Source: Oikopleura dioica
Lineage: Eukaryota; Animalia; Chordata
NCBI GenBank assembly: GCA_907165135.1
Contig: OU015568.1
Span: 10,230,001 to 10,294,000 of the forward strand
Reading direction: 5' to 3'
Length of the DNA: 64,000 nt
Part shown: positions 40,513 through 53,500 of the stretch, piece after piece
How positions within the stretch are numbered: the first letter of the stretch is position 1
Layout: every line of letters begins with the position of its first letter
Notes under the pieces: generated by a model
What the model saw: the letters and a program-made list of their open reading frames with translations, nothing else
Database searches by the model: none
Told to the model about the DNA's origin: nothing
Program-made: the position numbers and the translations under genes

Positions 40513-41994
40513 TATTATACATATCGTCGGTATATTATCGAGCTTTGAACGACTTAGAAACGATCATGTACCAGCTGATAGCAGATAAAAATATAAATGT
40601 ATCTTTAAGCTTTCAGAGCTCTCATAATTTCGATGAGCTACTGTTCTATAATTTTCATTAGAGTCACCTTTGGAGAGACGACCTAGTTAATTGCTTTGCG
40701 TAAATTAAGTTGCCCTCCAAGTATTTATATTAAATCTTAATTAGAGCGTCTCTACGTCTTGAAACGTCTGCTGAGGAAATCATCCGGCAGATTCATTCGA
40801 CACCTGATGGCCGAATGCCGAAGTGCGTTTATCTAACTTAGCTGCAGATCTGCTGGATACCCCGGAAGTATAAAAGATTCATAAGAGACTTGTGTTCACT
40901 AGTCGTCGTCACGTGATTGTTTTCCTTTGCGCGAATTTTCTTGCTGTATTTAAATAAAGACACATATTCATTTTCATTTTAAAATGCTTCTTAGATCTTG
41001 TTTTGTTATGATCCGTGAGGGATGAAATTAATTATGGTTAGTGTGACGGTATTTAGAGACATGGAAGATATTCAATTAAAATTGAGTTAACCTGCAAAGT
41101 TCATTTTCAGGCTTGCGTTTCAAATAATATTAAACTTGAATGGGAATTAAGATCAGTTAATATTGAACGAAGAATACAGTACTTCAGTCTGAATAATGAA
41201 GGACATTTGGGCTCTGAAGTTGGATAACGAATTTGCTGTGAAGCCACTTGCAACTTCTAATCTCGAAGCCTTGTTTGCCGACTTTTTTCTTTTTATTTTC
41301 ATAAAAATGATGGAATATCGTATAATATTTTCCATAAAAATCAAGTAATAGTATCTACCTTCGAATTCGTTTTTGATACAAAAAAGTACAAGAAAGTTCA
41401 TTTCTAAGATCTTTAGGATGCGGTGTAAGATTTCAAAAAGATCCTCACGAATACACCTTAATTTTTGTCGTTCGTTCCTTCGCCAGACAAGGCCAAGCAA
41501 CAGGTTTATCGACCATCGCATCCGCTAATTTCATGATTATCATGACAGCTCAACAGCGCCTCGTCGCGTCGGACACCCGTCAGCATCAATCGGTCATCGC
41601 ATATTAAATTTTCTGCAGCGAGAAGAAAAACTATGAAAAATTTGTATTGAAAACAGCAATATCAAAAATTTTCAGCCCCTATATCGTAGAAGTAATTTTT
41701 CTTTTCGAGTGAAAAAGTAGAGATAAGTAGAAAAAACAAGGAAGACAACGAAGATACATGCTTTTGTTTACAAAAGTCCTCTTATTGCTGGGGACAGTCA
41801 AATGTAAGTAAAGGGAGTGTGGGAAGGAAAGATAATGATTTTCTTCAGGCGATTTACTAGGTAAAATAGGTATAATAACTAAGGTACGTGTAGTGAACTG
41901 CGGTAATAGATCATTTTTATAATTTTTCTTTCGTCTATTTGAAATTATGCAAATCAACTTCACGCCACATTTTAGGTCAGACCAAAAACTTGGC

Positions 41995-44974
41995 GAGTTT
42001 AGTTGGCTCTGGTGGCAACTTTTTCTTCGACAAACCGAAGCCCAAGCCAAAGCCTGTTGGTGAGTTTGAAGTACAGAAGAGTCTGGGGACAATTACTGGT
42101 CTAAGGCGCGGAGTTTGAGTTACTTTTTGATTTTTTTCTTTTTATTGATATTTTTCTCTTGAAAATATAATCTTTGATAACCTCTGGAAAGATGCAAACC
42201 CTTGGCACAACCTCCTGGTACTCGAATGATGTGTTCAAAGGGAATTTCTGAAGATTCAATTTGTACAGTTATTTGTGACGAGATCAAATCTGGTTTCGGC
42301 ATGGGAAGCCAGGTTTGCGCTTGTGCGAAGATGTTCAAAGGACCCGTGATGATTCCTCTTGGGTGCAGTTGGAAAGGAGCGATGCCCGACTGTGTTGTCC
42401 CAGGAATGGATGGGATATTTTTCCAATTATTCTTGCCTCAAATATTTTCTCTTCGCTGCAGAATCTATAATAACTGTGTAAATTATCATCCTTTCAAGAA
42501 GAAGAGCCAGTTGCCAATGCTCTCGCGGGAAGAAGCTTGCATAAGGCACCAACAACTCAAGTTGCAAAGTCAACAACGACAACGACAATGAAACCGACTT
42601 CAACAACAACAACGACAGAAACGACAACTAGTACTACGACAACATCCACCACTAGCACCACCACGACAACGACAACAAAGAAGACAACTACTGCATCAAC
42701 GACTACTACAAAATCGACCACAAAAACTAGTACTACGACAACTACGACAACTACTACAACTACGACATCGACGACATCAACAACTTCAAAGGCAAAAACA
42801 ACAACAACCTCTACGACGATCACTACGTCTACGACTACAACGACTACAACTACCACTACAACGACTACAACAACCACAAAAACCACCACTACAACAACAA
42901 CCACAACGACGACTTCTACAACAAGTACCGTTTCTAGCACCACGACAGAAGAATACGTTATTCTTCATGATATTGAAGTAAACTATACTTCTACATCTCC
43001 AGCTCCCAGCACACAATACGCAGCTGAATTTGATTGGGCTGAAACAACAGAATCACCTTACAGCATAATTTACGAATTGGAAGAAGAAACATCCTCCACT
43101 GCACCACCAACAACTGAATCGATCGTTTCCTCAACAGAATCATTTATAGAGCTGGAGACAGAAGCACCTATCAACTGGGCTCGAAGAATCAAGGGAAATA
43201 AAAAAGACTGGCAAGCATTCTTAGATGGAACTTCCACAACTGCGCAATCAACGACTACTGAATTTGCCACAACAACAATCCCCGCATCCACGAGTATCTA
43301 TACTACTGTGACGACAGAAGCCCCAGCCACAGCTCGAAATCCAAATCGTTTCAAAAACGAGTTCAACACAAATACTGGTTTGGATCGAAATTCAGCAGAT
43401 CGGGACTCGATTCATAAGAAAATTGATAAGCCTGCTTGGGCAGAGAAGCTCATTGTTCCAGAAACACGTCCTCTTCTTGAACGACCGATCAACAACGAGC
43501 GTGTTGAAAAGTTCAAAGATTATGATGACTACAGTGCAAAGCCAATTCCACCTGGAACAGTTGCTATGGCGGTCAAAGAAGTGATGGAGCCAGAAACAGC
43601 GTCATTGCCTGTTGATGAACCTCTTGTTGTTCAGTCTGAAGATAAGTCTGCCATCACTTTCTATCCGTCGTTGCTAAAAGAGACCTTCAATCAGCTCCCT
43701 GGATTGAGCAAACTGGAAGTTTCGCAGCTCCTCAACAAATTTTTGACAGAATACAAGGTGAATATGATAAAACTTCGAAGTTCCAGAGTCTTTATAGAAG
43801 GTCATTGAAAACGAAATTATTCCTATGCGGCGTCAGTGTGGCATTACATCGTATATTGATTCTATTTATTTTTTAGGAAATTATCCATGACGATGTGGCC
43901 ACAACTGAGGAGCCAGTCAAAACCACAACGGAAATTTATACCACAGACTACACGAGCGCGATGACGACCAAAGGTGTTATCAATCCTTTCAAAGGTAGCA
44001 TAGTCTTGTCTAATGGAATTAAGCTTAAAATTGAAGGTTGCCCGAATTTGATCCCACCGGAAGATGGATTCTTACAGTATTCGGATGGACTCAATAGTGG
44101 CTCTATCGTGACTTACCTCTGTAGCAAGGGTTTTGAAATCAAGCAGAAAGGAGCTGAGCGAAAGGTAAAGAACAACTCTTCCAATTCAAAGAACTTAATC
44201 ATTTTTTTCAGTGCTTATGTGATAATAACGAGTGCGTCTGGTCAAAGAAGCCACGCGACTGCGAAAGAAAAGTCGGTGGTGGCACTGGAATCAGCGCTAG
44301 CGAGCGAGAACAGCGTCGCGAAGAGAAACGAAAACAACGAATTGAACAGAGAGAAAGGTCAGTTTTATGTGATTTTTTAGACTCTACGGAAATTAAATTT
44401 GTCGAATTAGATTCCACAAATGCTGATCTGTTTGATATGCATTGACCTTTACCTTCAGGGAGAAAATGGCCAGAGATTCTTTCAGTAGGAAGACGAAGAA
44501 ACAATCAAAGAAGCAAGCGTCGGCACCGTCAAGTACTTCTTGGGCTCGATCACTTGGTGGCGCAAGTATCGATACCAGCGGAGAATTCTTCAATAACTTG
44601 TTTGTCGAAGAAAATGATTTCTACAAAGAACAGACATATCATCACACTCCGACTTCTGCCCAAGCGAAAATGCCTACTTCTGCTAGATGTGAGCAAAGCT
44701 TTAAAATCTACTTTTTTATCCAATTTTTAGCCACGAATATGGTGGATACGACTTGTGATCCATTGAGCTTGGAACACGGGCAGATCTTCTGCTCGAATCA
44801 TTATAATGATGGGTCTAAGTGCACGCTCAGGTCAGTTTATTCCATCAATAATTTACCTATCTTATTCTTAGTTGCTTGCGAGGATTCAATTTACAATTTA
44901 CCGGTCGAGTAGTCCGGTGCGTTTGCACTCAAACTGGCTGTCATTGGAACAAACCCCCGCAGAAATGCGTATAA
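41995..44974 (+). CDS. Sushi/CCP-domain mucin-like protein; start codon not located
   Basis: Three CCP-like modules (CKPLAQPPGTRMMC...WKGAMPDC; CPNLIPPEDG...VTYLCSKGF; CDPLSLEHGQIFC...WNKPPQKC) around a long Thr-rich tract. Confidence 0.72.
42570..42950 (+). repeat. ACN-codon low-complexity tract encoding a poly-Thr mucin domain
   Basis: (ACA/ACT/ACG/ACC)n runs inside ORF 42537-43808. Confidence 0.9.
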
Positions 44975-45775
44975 AACACGAGAAAACGATTTTTAATTAA
45001 ATTTTATACCTAAATTTGATAAAATTAAGTTAACAAAAGCTCACTAACAGACCAACAGACTATCATTTTTGTATGTAAACGCTTTTTCTGAGCCACAGTC
45101 GCGCGTTTCAATTTTATTCGGGAAATGAACACATTTTTTGATAAGCCATTTCTCGTTTGCTTCCATTTTTGTAAATACGTTTCGTAAATAAAGTTTATTT
45201 ATCAATGAGTAATGAAAAAACATACTCAAATACTTCCTGATGAAAACAATACCATCGAACATCAACATCGACCACATGAAAAATACAAAAATAAAAATCA
45301 GTTAAATGCCAATACCTTCATGTTGCTGTAAAATAAACAACGATAAATGCTACAATATTATCTCGTTATCTGCCTCATCAAGGGAAAAATCAAATTTGTT
45401 TGAAAATAACAGCATTTTATTCACAACTCCTCAAGGTTTTCATCTACCAGTTTCCTCGTCTCAGACAATCGTCGTTCTTGGTCTCTCTTCGTTTTTCATA
45501 CAAACCTGCGCCGATTATACATTTTGTGTATTATTTGGTTTCATGATTGGCAATCATTTTATAGCTTGTTAATATAATTGTACAACTCACCTTTATCATC
45601 ACCTCTAGCGGATTCATCAGCAGGGCCTCCAGTCTCGAAGTCAAAAAGCGTTGGTTTCAAAACTGGGAAACTCGCTTCAGTCGACGTCTTTCCGCAAGTT
45701 GATGGTATACCATATTTGCCCTCCTCTGACGTTGATTCGGCGATAAATTCTTAGAAATAGACTTTATTATTCATT

Positions 45776-46550
45776 TTAACAAGAGTTACCGTGGATCCAG
45801 TCGTAGTAGAGCGGAATGTTGGCGTAGATAGCAGGCATGTTCTTTTGAGCACATCCGTATCCGTAGCTAACCGCACCAATCGCAGCCCATCCTTTTTCTG
45901 TTTCACAGACGAACGGACCACCAGAATCACCCTGACAAGCGTCGATTCCGCCGGGTTGGTAGCCAGCACAGATTTGAGATTCGTCGAGTGGAAGCCCAGT
46001 CCAGCCCCATCCACCTTGCGACTCGAGGATATTCTTGCAAGACTGCTTCTCCCAAATTGGAATGACAGCGTGATTCAGCGCATCGTTGGAACCCTTCCCA
46101 AAGCCACTGACTACACAGCGGCCAAATATCGATGGTACAAACTCGCGTGTTGGCAAACATGCAGGTTGGACGTATTCTGTCCAGACAAACGGCCTTGTTA
46201 GCTCGAAAAGCGCGATGTCGTTGTGGAAGTGACTGTTGAAGCCAGGATGAGCGATTGCGCGTCTCACAGTGCTCCACTGGTAAGAGGCAGTTTGCGTTTT
46301 GGCGTGAAAGCCCTCTGTATGACCGGCGGTAAATTTGAGCTCATCGGCTTCAAACTTGCCGACGCAATGAGCGGCTCCAATGATAACCTTCTGCGTTACG
46401 ATGGTACCTCCACAGATGATGTGATCACCGTATGCTGCGTGAAGCATAGCCGCTTGCCATGGCCAATTGCCGAGACTGGAAATTTCGCCACCGATAATTC
46501 GGGCATCTACTCTTTCAAAACTGTCATCATTCTTTTCAAAGTTAGAGAAA
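45776..46550 (-). CDS. Trypsin-like serine protease (catalytic exon; flanking exons not resolved)
   Basis: RIIGG activation site; AAHC; HNDIAL; CQGDSGGP; S1-pocket Asp (IDACQG). Confidence 0.92.
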
Positions 46551-46956
46551 TATATTCTACGGTATTGCAGTATAAATAATTCTGATCTCTTGTCCTAAGT
46601 AAGAATTCACTGTGAGTGACCTGTGACAGCTCCATCTCATTATTTTTCTCTAAATTTATTTCTCTATCCGCGCCTTAACTTCGCCTCGTGCTGAAACAGC
46701 CGCTGCAAAAACAGGGAAAAGCTTCATTTTGGCAACGTGAAGCCTCTCGTCTGAGTACTTTGATCGAGTAGCTTTGAAACCCCGTCGTTATCGGACACCG
46801 CGCGGAATTAGTGTTCTCTGAAGATACTTACTTTCGTGCTAAGCCCAACTACTAAACGAATTCTCATACGCAGTCACGACGGATAGAATTGACCAAATAC
46901 CCAGCCGATGACTCTAATGCCACGAAAAACAGTCGCAAACATGCTTTATTAACAGG

Positions 46957-46994
46957 CATGGGTGACCGGTTGGAATACCTCGTGCGCTAAGCGT
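46957..46994 (+). pseudogene. 5'-truncated 5S rRNA fragment
   Basis: CATGGGTGACCGGTTGGAATACCTCGTGCGCTAAGC matches the 3' third of the 5S at 60362-60481 with a 1-nt deletion; upstream 5S sequence is absent. Confidence 0.85.
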
Positions 46995-47241
46995 TTTGAT
47001 TTTTTCAAAACGCCAGTTTTTCCTACCAGATGCTTCCTTAAATCACAATTGTTATGAGTTTGATTTCAGCTACTCAAGTGGAGTGCGAAGGAGAGAATTA
47101 TTTCTTGTTGAATTAGGGCGTCGGGCGGGCGGCGTGGCGTTAGAGAAAAAGCGCCCTCTACCGCGCGCTTTTCCGAAAAGAGGTCGAAAATAGGAGCGTG
47201 CAGCGACAAAACGACCTCGAAATCAAGCACCTCTTCTCGCT

Positions 47242-47336
47242 ACTCATCCCATTTTTGAGTCCGATTTCGATTGTCTAACAGGTAAGAATCGTCTTCATGC
47301 CCACTCTCTCCTATCCCTCTCGCCTCTCACAAGGAA
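47242..47336 (+). ncRNA. Spliced-leader (SL) RNA gene with the canonical 40-nt exon at 47242-47281
   Basis: ACTCATCCCATTTTTGAGTCCGATTTCGATTGTCTAACAG|GTAAGAA, the O. dioica SL as I recall it, downstream of 5S sequence. Confidence 0.92.
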
Positions 47337-47661
47337 TTAACCTACAGAATCTGTGTATCAGTTGACGAAAAAAAAACATGTGATTACTACTGCCTGGACA
47401 TCAACGACATTGACGTAATAAATTGCACAACCTTAAAAAAAGCACGTCATTCCTAATCGCTGGTAGCCACCTGAATCTATTGAGTTAACCCGACGCTTAT
47501 AATTTGCTTTTGCCGAAACTAAGTGCTGCACCTGACAATAAAAAGGCAATCGACACGCTGAAAAAGATCTTAAAGAACATTCTCAATCATTCATTTTTAG
47601 TATAGATATATTTACAGAAATTTTTATTGAGACTGCCTATTTTGAAACTCTCTGATTCGCT

Positions 47662-48325
47662 TTATTTCCTCTTCTTTTCGCTTTTTTCTGCTTTGTCTTC
47701 AATGATCTCTTCCCGGACCTCGTTCATTTCAATCTTCGCCATCTCGCACCGGTGATATAATTGTCTACTCTCCTCCTCCATCGATTCCAGGTTATCCTTC
47801 ATATGTTCAAATGCAGCTTCTCGATTCTGTGCGCGTTCTTTCACTCTTTCTATTTCTTCAATTCTTCGCTGAAGATTTTCTTCGAGCTTCTTCTCCATCT
47901 TTCTTTTTCGTTGCTGTGCAAGCAATTGTAACTTGCGTTCACCCGTGATCCTTTGCTATATTTTTTATTAAATAATTTAAATCAAATTTGTTCAATACCA
48001 TAAGCCTCGTCGCTTCGTTGTCTTCGCCTTCGCCATAATCGTCATCATCCTCTTCATCCCATCACCATCTTCCATCTCCTTCTTCCATCTTTTCTTCGCC
48101 TTCGCCTTCATCACTGCTTGCGTATGCGTCCATTCCAAAAAGCCCGTTGCCGCCTTCTTGCATCTGTTCTTCGCCTGCTCTGCCGTCATCGTATTCGTCC
48201 ACTACCAAAAGCTCGTTGCCGCCTTCTTCCCTCTCTCCTTCGCCTTCGCTGCCTTCTTCCATGCCTTCCTCCATTCTCCCCAGTCCGTCGCCGCCTTTAA
48301 CCATTTGACCAGCATCATAGTCCAT
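47662..48325 (-). pseudogene. Acidic Gly/Glu-rich plus coiled-coil ORF with one in-frame TGA (pseudogene or assembly indels)
   Basis: The frame continues past TGA (48062-48064) to ATG|GTATT, a 43-nt intron (47956-47998) and the coiled-coil exon ending 47662. Confidence 0.5.
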
Positions 48326-50527
48326 CTAATATTTTGTTAGTGATCTACAAAAATGAGTAGCAAAAATCTTGCATTCAATTTATTCAAGATATGCCCTGAC
48401 TCCAACCACTGAAGTGACCAAGCCACAGAAGTTCGACTCTCAAATAATCCCGAGACAATTTTCAGAAAAAAATTTATTTGAAATCGAAAAATGGATACGT
48501 CGCTAGAAAGATCGCCCCTTTGAAGGCAAAATTTAGCCCTGACTCAACAACCGTTGAACGAGTCAACCTTGGCGATTATGAATATGTTCGAAAACACACT
48601 CGATGCCAGATCATGCAGGGATTAAACCGCCCGACTAAGAAACAAACTCCAGCTCTATCGCGAAGCAGATGTTTAAAAGGCAAATGAGCTGAAGGTACCG
48701 AAACCTATCCTTGTTTGTATTCTTTACTGCCACTTATTTCACTCCTTATACGCCTGCTATTTTTAGATAGGACTTATTATTTATCGAAAAAAATCAAATC
48801 CTTCTGCCAATTGTTAAGTACTCTCAATCAAACTTTCTTATCCAACCCTAACCCTACCTGATCTTTATCAACGTCTTCATCTTCATCTTCATCTTTATCT
48901 TCATCTTCTGCCTAAAAAAATTTTAAGCACACTTGCATCAAAAGTCTATGTGTAATATAATAAACTTACGAGTCCCAGCTGGTCTTTGAAATTCTCAAAG
49001 TATGCTCGTCGCGTTCGCTTTATAAAGTCACGTCGAGTTCTTTTTCCAACGCAGATTTCGCGTCGACAAACGCTTGCCCCAAAGAGTCCCATTTGCGCTA
49101 GAACGATAAATTAGTCGGTAAGAGATCACAAGGGCGTACCTGCAGAAAGACGAGGGCGAACATTAATGTGACCTGCCTCCTGAAATTTCCAGGAGAAACA
49201 CGTACTCCTGTGTTCTAGGTTCAACAAAGTCGCCCGAAACCAAGATCGGATCGGATCGGGTTTTTAGGGGTCATGAAAAATCGGATCAGGTTTTTATCGG
49301 GTTTTTTTGTCGGATTTTCGTCGGGTTTCCAACAAGCACAAATAAAAAAAAAAATCAAGTCAAAAGAAGGTCAAAACCTTATCTTGAGCGGATTTTTTTG
49401 GTCAACAATAATTTTCGAGTTTCATTTACAGTAAAAACCCAAAATTTGCCCACCCGAAATTTGGCCGTTTTTTGTCTAAATCCGCCTTTTTTGGAACCTG
49501 AAATCAACCCAAAATTTGACCGCTTTTTCGAAAATACATAATTTTTCATCATAATTGGGCCCAAATGATGCTTTTTCTGATCATTTATAGGCTTTTAAAA
49601 GTGTTTTAATCATTGTTAATGACTAAACTCTAATAAGAATGTCTTCCAACAAGCAAAAATTTGAAAAAAAATTATCAAAAACGTGAAAATCATGCCGATT
49701 TTCGAAAATTTCGAAACTTTGCTTCTTGGAGAGGAAACTCGGCCACCCGGCAAAAAACCCAAAATTTGGCCGCTTTTTTCGGGAATTTACATCTGAAAAC
49801 CGGCCAATTATTGGGTTTTTACTGTATAATAAAATTTATATTTTTGTACATTTTCACATCGTGCATCTCCTAAAAAACGCCTGGTCTAATACGGCCGAAT
49901 AGAGGATAAATAATCCAAGCCCCCTTTATATCTTTAAAAAGTTTAGAGTCTAAACTTTAGACCTAAGAAAACAAATGTTCTGCTAAAGCCTTCAAGCTCA
50001 GGCGTTCTCTGAAATTCCGCGCTCGAAATGGATCGTCGATTACCAGGGACCTCGCCGAATTTCTCAATTGCCAGAAGATTATGATTGGTAAAGTTGATGT
50101 GAATGTCCTCTAGAGCTCGTGCCTGGCTTTCCCCGGTTTTGGAGGCAGTTCTCATCTATTTCTCTCCCATTATTAAGAAAGGGGATTATTTGGTCTCCCA
50201 TTGGCAATGGGCCATTGCCAGAGCGTCATTTTCGCCCTGGAATGATGATTTTCAAGATTAAAGAGCGCAGACGTTTGATTTTACAGTTGTAGTTTTAGTT
50301 CATAAAATTATCTAGAGATGTTGGTTTATACTGTTAATTTAACAACTAGGACAAGACTAAAACTTTATATTATTTTTACTTTCGAGAAATAAAACCCTTT
50401 GTTACGCTCTTTCATACTTTTTTCTTGGCGCAAAAGCGTAAGGATTTAGGTTGCGGTTCGACAAAATATCAAATCCCCGGTTAGAGTCGTTGCTTTGGGC
50501 TCGTTTTCCTGTCCTTTTTTTGTTAAA

Positions 50528-53500
50528 ATGAGCTTGAATACAAACACTAAAAATATTCAAATATTTTTATTTGTGATATTCTTGTGTATTTATTTTGTTG
50601 TAACTGGCTTAAGACAAGAAAAGCTTTATTTTAACTCGGAGAAATATCAAGCTCAAGATGAGACCACAAAAAATGATCATTTGATGTTTTTTATCAACCA
50701 CGGAACTTATCTTCCTCCAAGCAAGGATATAAGGCCCTATGAGATTATTCATTCGCCAAGAGAAAATTACGAGGATGTGGAAATTGTTTTTGGTCTAAAA
50801 ACTGTTTTTAAGGAAGCGATAGTAGAAAAAGCTCGTAACACACAGAGTTGCAAATTTGCTCAGCGGTCGCTCAGCTCAGCTCAGTAGTTTAAGAAAATGA
50901 TCTGATCTTCTCAGTTCAGCTCAGATCAGACAAGTATCACTCAGCTCAGCTCCACTCAATGGTTTTATCAGAATTTTACTACTAAAAATACAGTAAAAAC
51001 AGCTTAGCTGAGTTCACCCAGCTCAGATAAGCTCTTATTAGGGTCTGCTCAGCTCAGCTCAATGACCTCTGAAAAAGGCTAGCTTAGCTCAGAGAATTTT
51101 TCACTCAGATCAGCTCGGCTCAGCCAAGCGAAATGAAGGCAAAATTTGCATCACTGGTAACACAAGAAAATCATTATGTTTCTTCCCAAAGAACTTTTTA
51201 ACTATCACCCACATAAGCATCGAATGAAGAGAGATTCGATAAGAAAATCATTTGGTAATTCCGATTTCTATCGCGAAAAATATAACGTAAAATTCGTGTT
51301 CTTGCTCGGAAAAAGGAGGATGCCCATGAACAGAGTTGCAAACTGCTAGAAATATAATTATCAGATCTTGGCTGTGTATCGCGCTGATCTCTTTGTTAAT
51401 TTTATTAAATAAAATAACTCTTTCGAGGAAAGTGAAATTCTCGCGGAAGAAGAATTGTTCGATGATATCATCTACGGGAGCTTTCAAGACTCGTACTGGA
51501 ATTTAACCTTCAAGGAGAGCATGTTTTACTCTTGGACAAAACAAAACGTGCCCAATGTGAAATTCATTTACCGAGGAGACGATGACAATTTTCTTAATCC
51601 ACTTGGAGTGATGAAATTTCTCGAAAAACATTGGGACGAAGCAAATGCAGAAGCTGCACTTTGGGGTGGAGTTATTCAGGGAATGCCCTCCGTTATTAGC
51701 GACACGACGAAATTAGATGAAATCATGGAGGAAAGAAGGACTGATGTGTAAGTCGCGAAAAAATAAAGCTCAGTTTTGTTTATTCTGTTTTAGATGGCCA
51801 GAAGAAGTATATCCGAAGTATGCATCTGGTTCTGGTCATATTATGAACCGAAATGCTCTCTTCGTTTTGGAAGGACAAATGCAGCTCAATCCGTTGATAT
51901 CTATTGATGATGCTTTTATTGGCATTTGTATGACGAAAGGGTCAAAGGGTTCAAATTTTAGCATTATTAAAAATTCCAAAGTTATCGGAGTGCTTTCTTA
52001 TGACCCCCTTTTAAGCTGGGTTAGAAGATAGAATTTTCGATGTCAATGAATTTCACCCGTGGGGAATCAAGTTTGAAAACGGAAATGATTTTTGCACTAT
52101 TGTTAATGCAATCTCCATTCATTACCCAAAATTTGATTACGAATGCATGCTTTCGAAGATCCTCAAATACGCGGAAAAATGCGAAAAGATGAACTTCACG
52201 AGGCCAGAGATATTTCTTTCAGTTGTCCCTGGTACGAAAGCAAGCTTTCGGCGCCGATTCTTGATGGGCCTTTTTACCAACGCTGCGGGCCTGAGTTCAA
52301 TAACAGTAGATGCAGCACTGACAGGCTCTTGGCTCGACATTCTAGACGGTTTTTGTGGTGAGAACCAATTTTCGCCTCGAGAAATTTGAAACCATTCTTA
52401 TTCATATACAGTCGTTACGCACAATTCCGTAACGCACAATTCCGGACATTTAGGGAAAACGGAAAAATTAAAAACGCACAATTCCGGACAATTCGACAAA
52501 AATTTTAACTGAAATCTTTATTTTACTCGATCATTTTTTTGCAAAAAAACTAAGAATGCTTGCTTGTTTCTTCGGCTTTTCTGGCTTCTGTTGAGGTGCA
52601 ATTTCCATGGCTTCTTCTGGTTGTTCGTCAACATGCTCGCGATCATCTCCAAGATCAAGTTGCGCGAAATCCCGGGCCATAAGCAGCTCTTCTTCCACTT
52701 TTTTGATCTGTTGGCGCTGGAGCTCTTCATCTTCATTCTCGATAGGCGCTTCCGAAATTTATAAGTTTGTAAAGAAAGATATTAAGTTTAAATTATACCT
52801 GATACTTTTGGAATCGAGGAATGCCGGATTTTCGCCAACATGTCCGTATAATGTTGGGAGACATTTCGGAGACGAGCCTGACTGCAGTTTTGACTCCCAA
52901 CTCCAGTCCAGGCGAAGTTTTTTGGTGCTCTTGTCGGAAAGACCGCAGCCATTTTCGGTACTTTCCTTTTATTAGGAGATCGTCAAAATTATATATTTTT
53001 ACATAGTTTTAAATTAATTTATCTTTTAATAATTTTTAACGAAGTATTGACAAACCCCCGCCTTTAAGACAGGCGAAAAATACCTGATCGAGTGGCTGAT
53101 ATGCCCCAGTTGTCCCTGGCTTGAAAAAACCCAGGGCAACGTTCGTAACTCCAAGCGCAGAAGGGTCAACATTCAGATGACCCGAGAAATTGTCAAGGAG
53201 GAGCAAGTTCTTTTGACCCGGTTTTACCCGGGCCAAGAACCGAGAGAATCTCTTAAGGGATCCCCTCCCGATTTGAAAAATATCATCGAGAGCTTTTATG
53301 TGATATATTTTTGGAATCTCCGTTGTCTGGCGATCATTTTCATATATTACGTCAAAGGGAGTCCGTCACGTGGTAAGCCGTGACACAGCTTTGAAAATGG
53401 CTTATTTTAACGAAAAATTTTACTTAGAAAAAATTCGCAATTTTTTCGACTTTTCAAAGTCGACATAATCAGATGAATAAGGGCTCTTAAGAAAGCTCAG

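Noticed and set aside
42557-42943. Poly-Val ORF on the minus strand
   Set aside because: It is the antisense shadow of the poly-Thr mucin tract.
46824-46833. ATACTTAC resembling the 5' end of U1 snRNA upstream of the 5S fragment
   Set aside because: Only 8 nt match; no U1 stem-loops or Sm site follow.
50860-51125. Regular GCTCA repeats as a CRISPR-like or satellite array
   Set aside because: Pentamers with irregular spacing, fully contained in a TIR/TSD-bounded MITE; no cas genes.
50843-51164. The 314-bp hAT MITE as another exon-inserted, spliceable element
   Set aside because: The reconstructed empty site reaches a stop before the next GT31 motif, so the site is probably intronic already.
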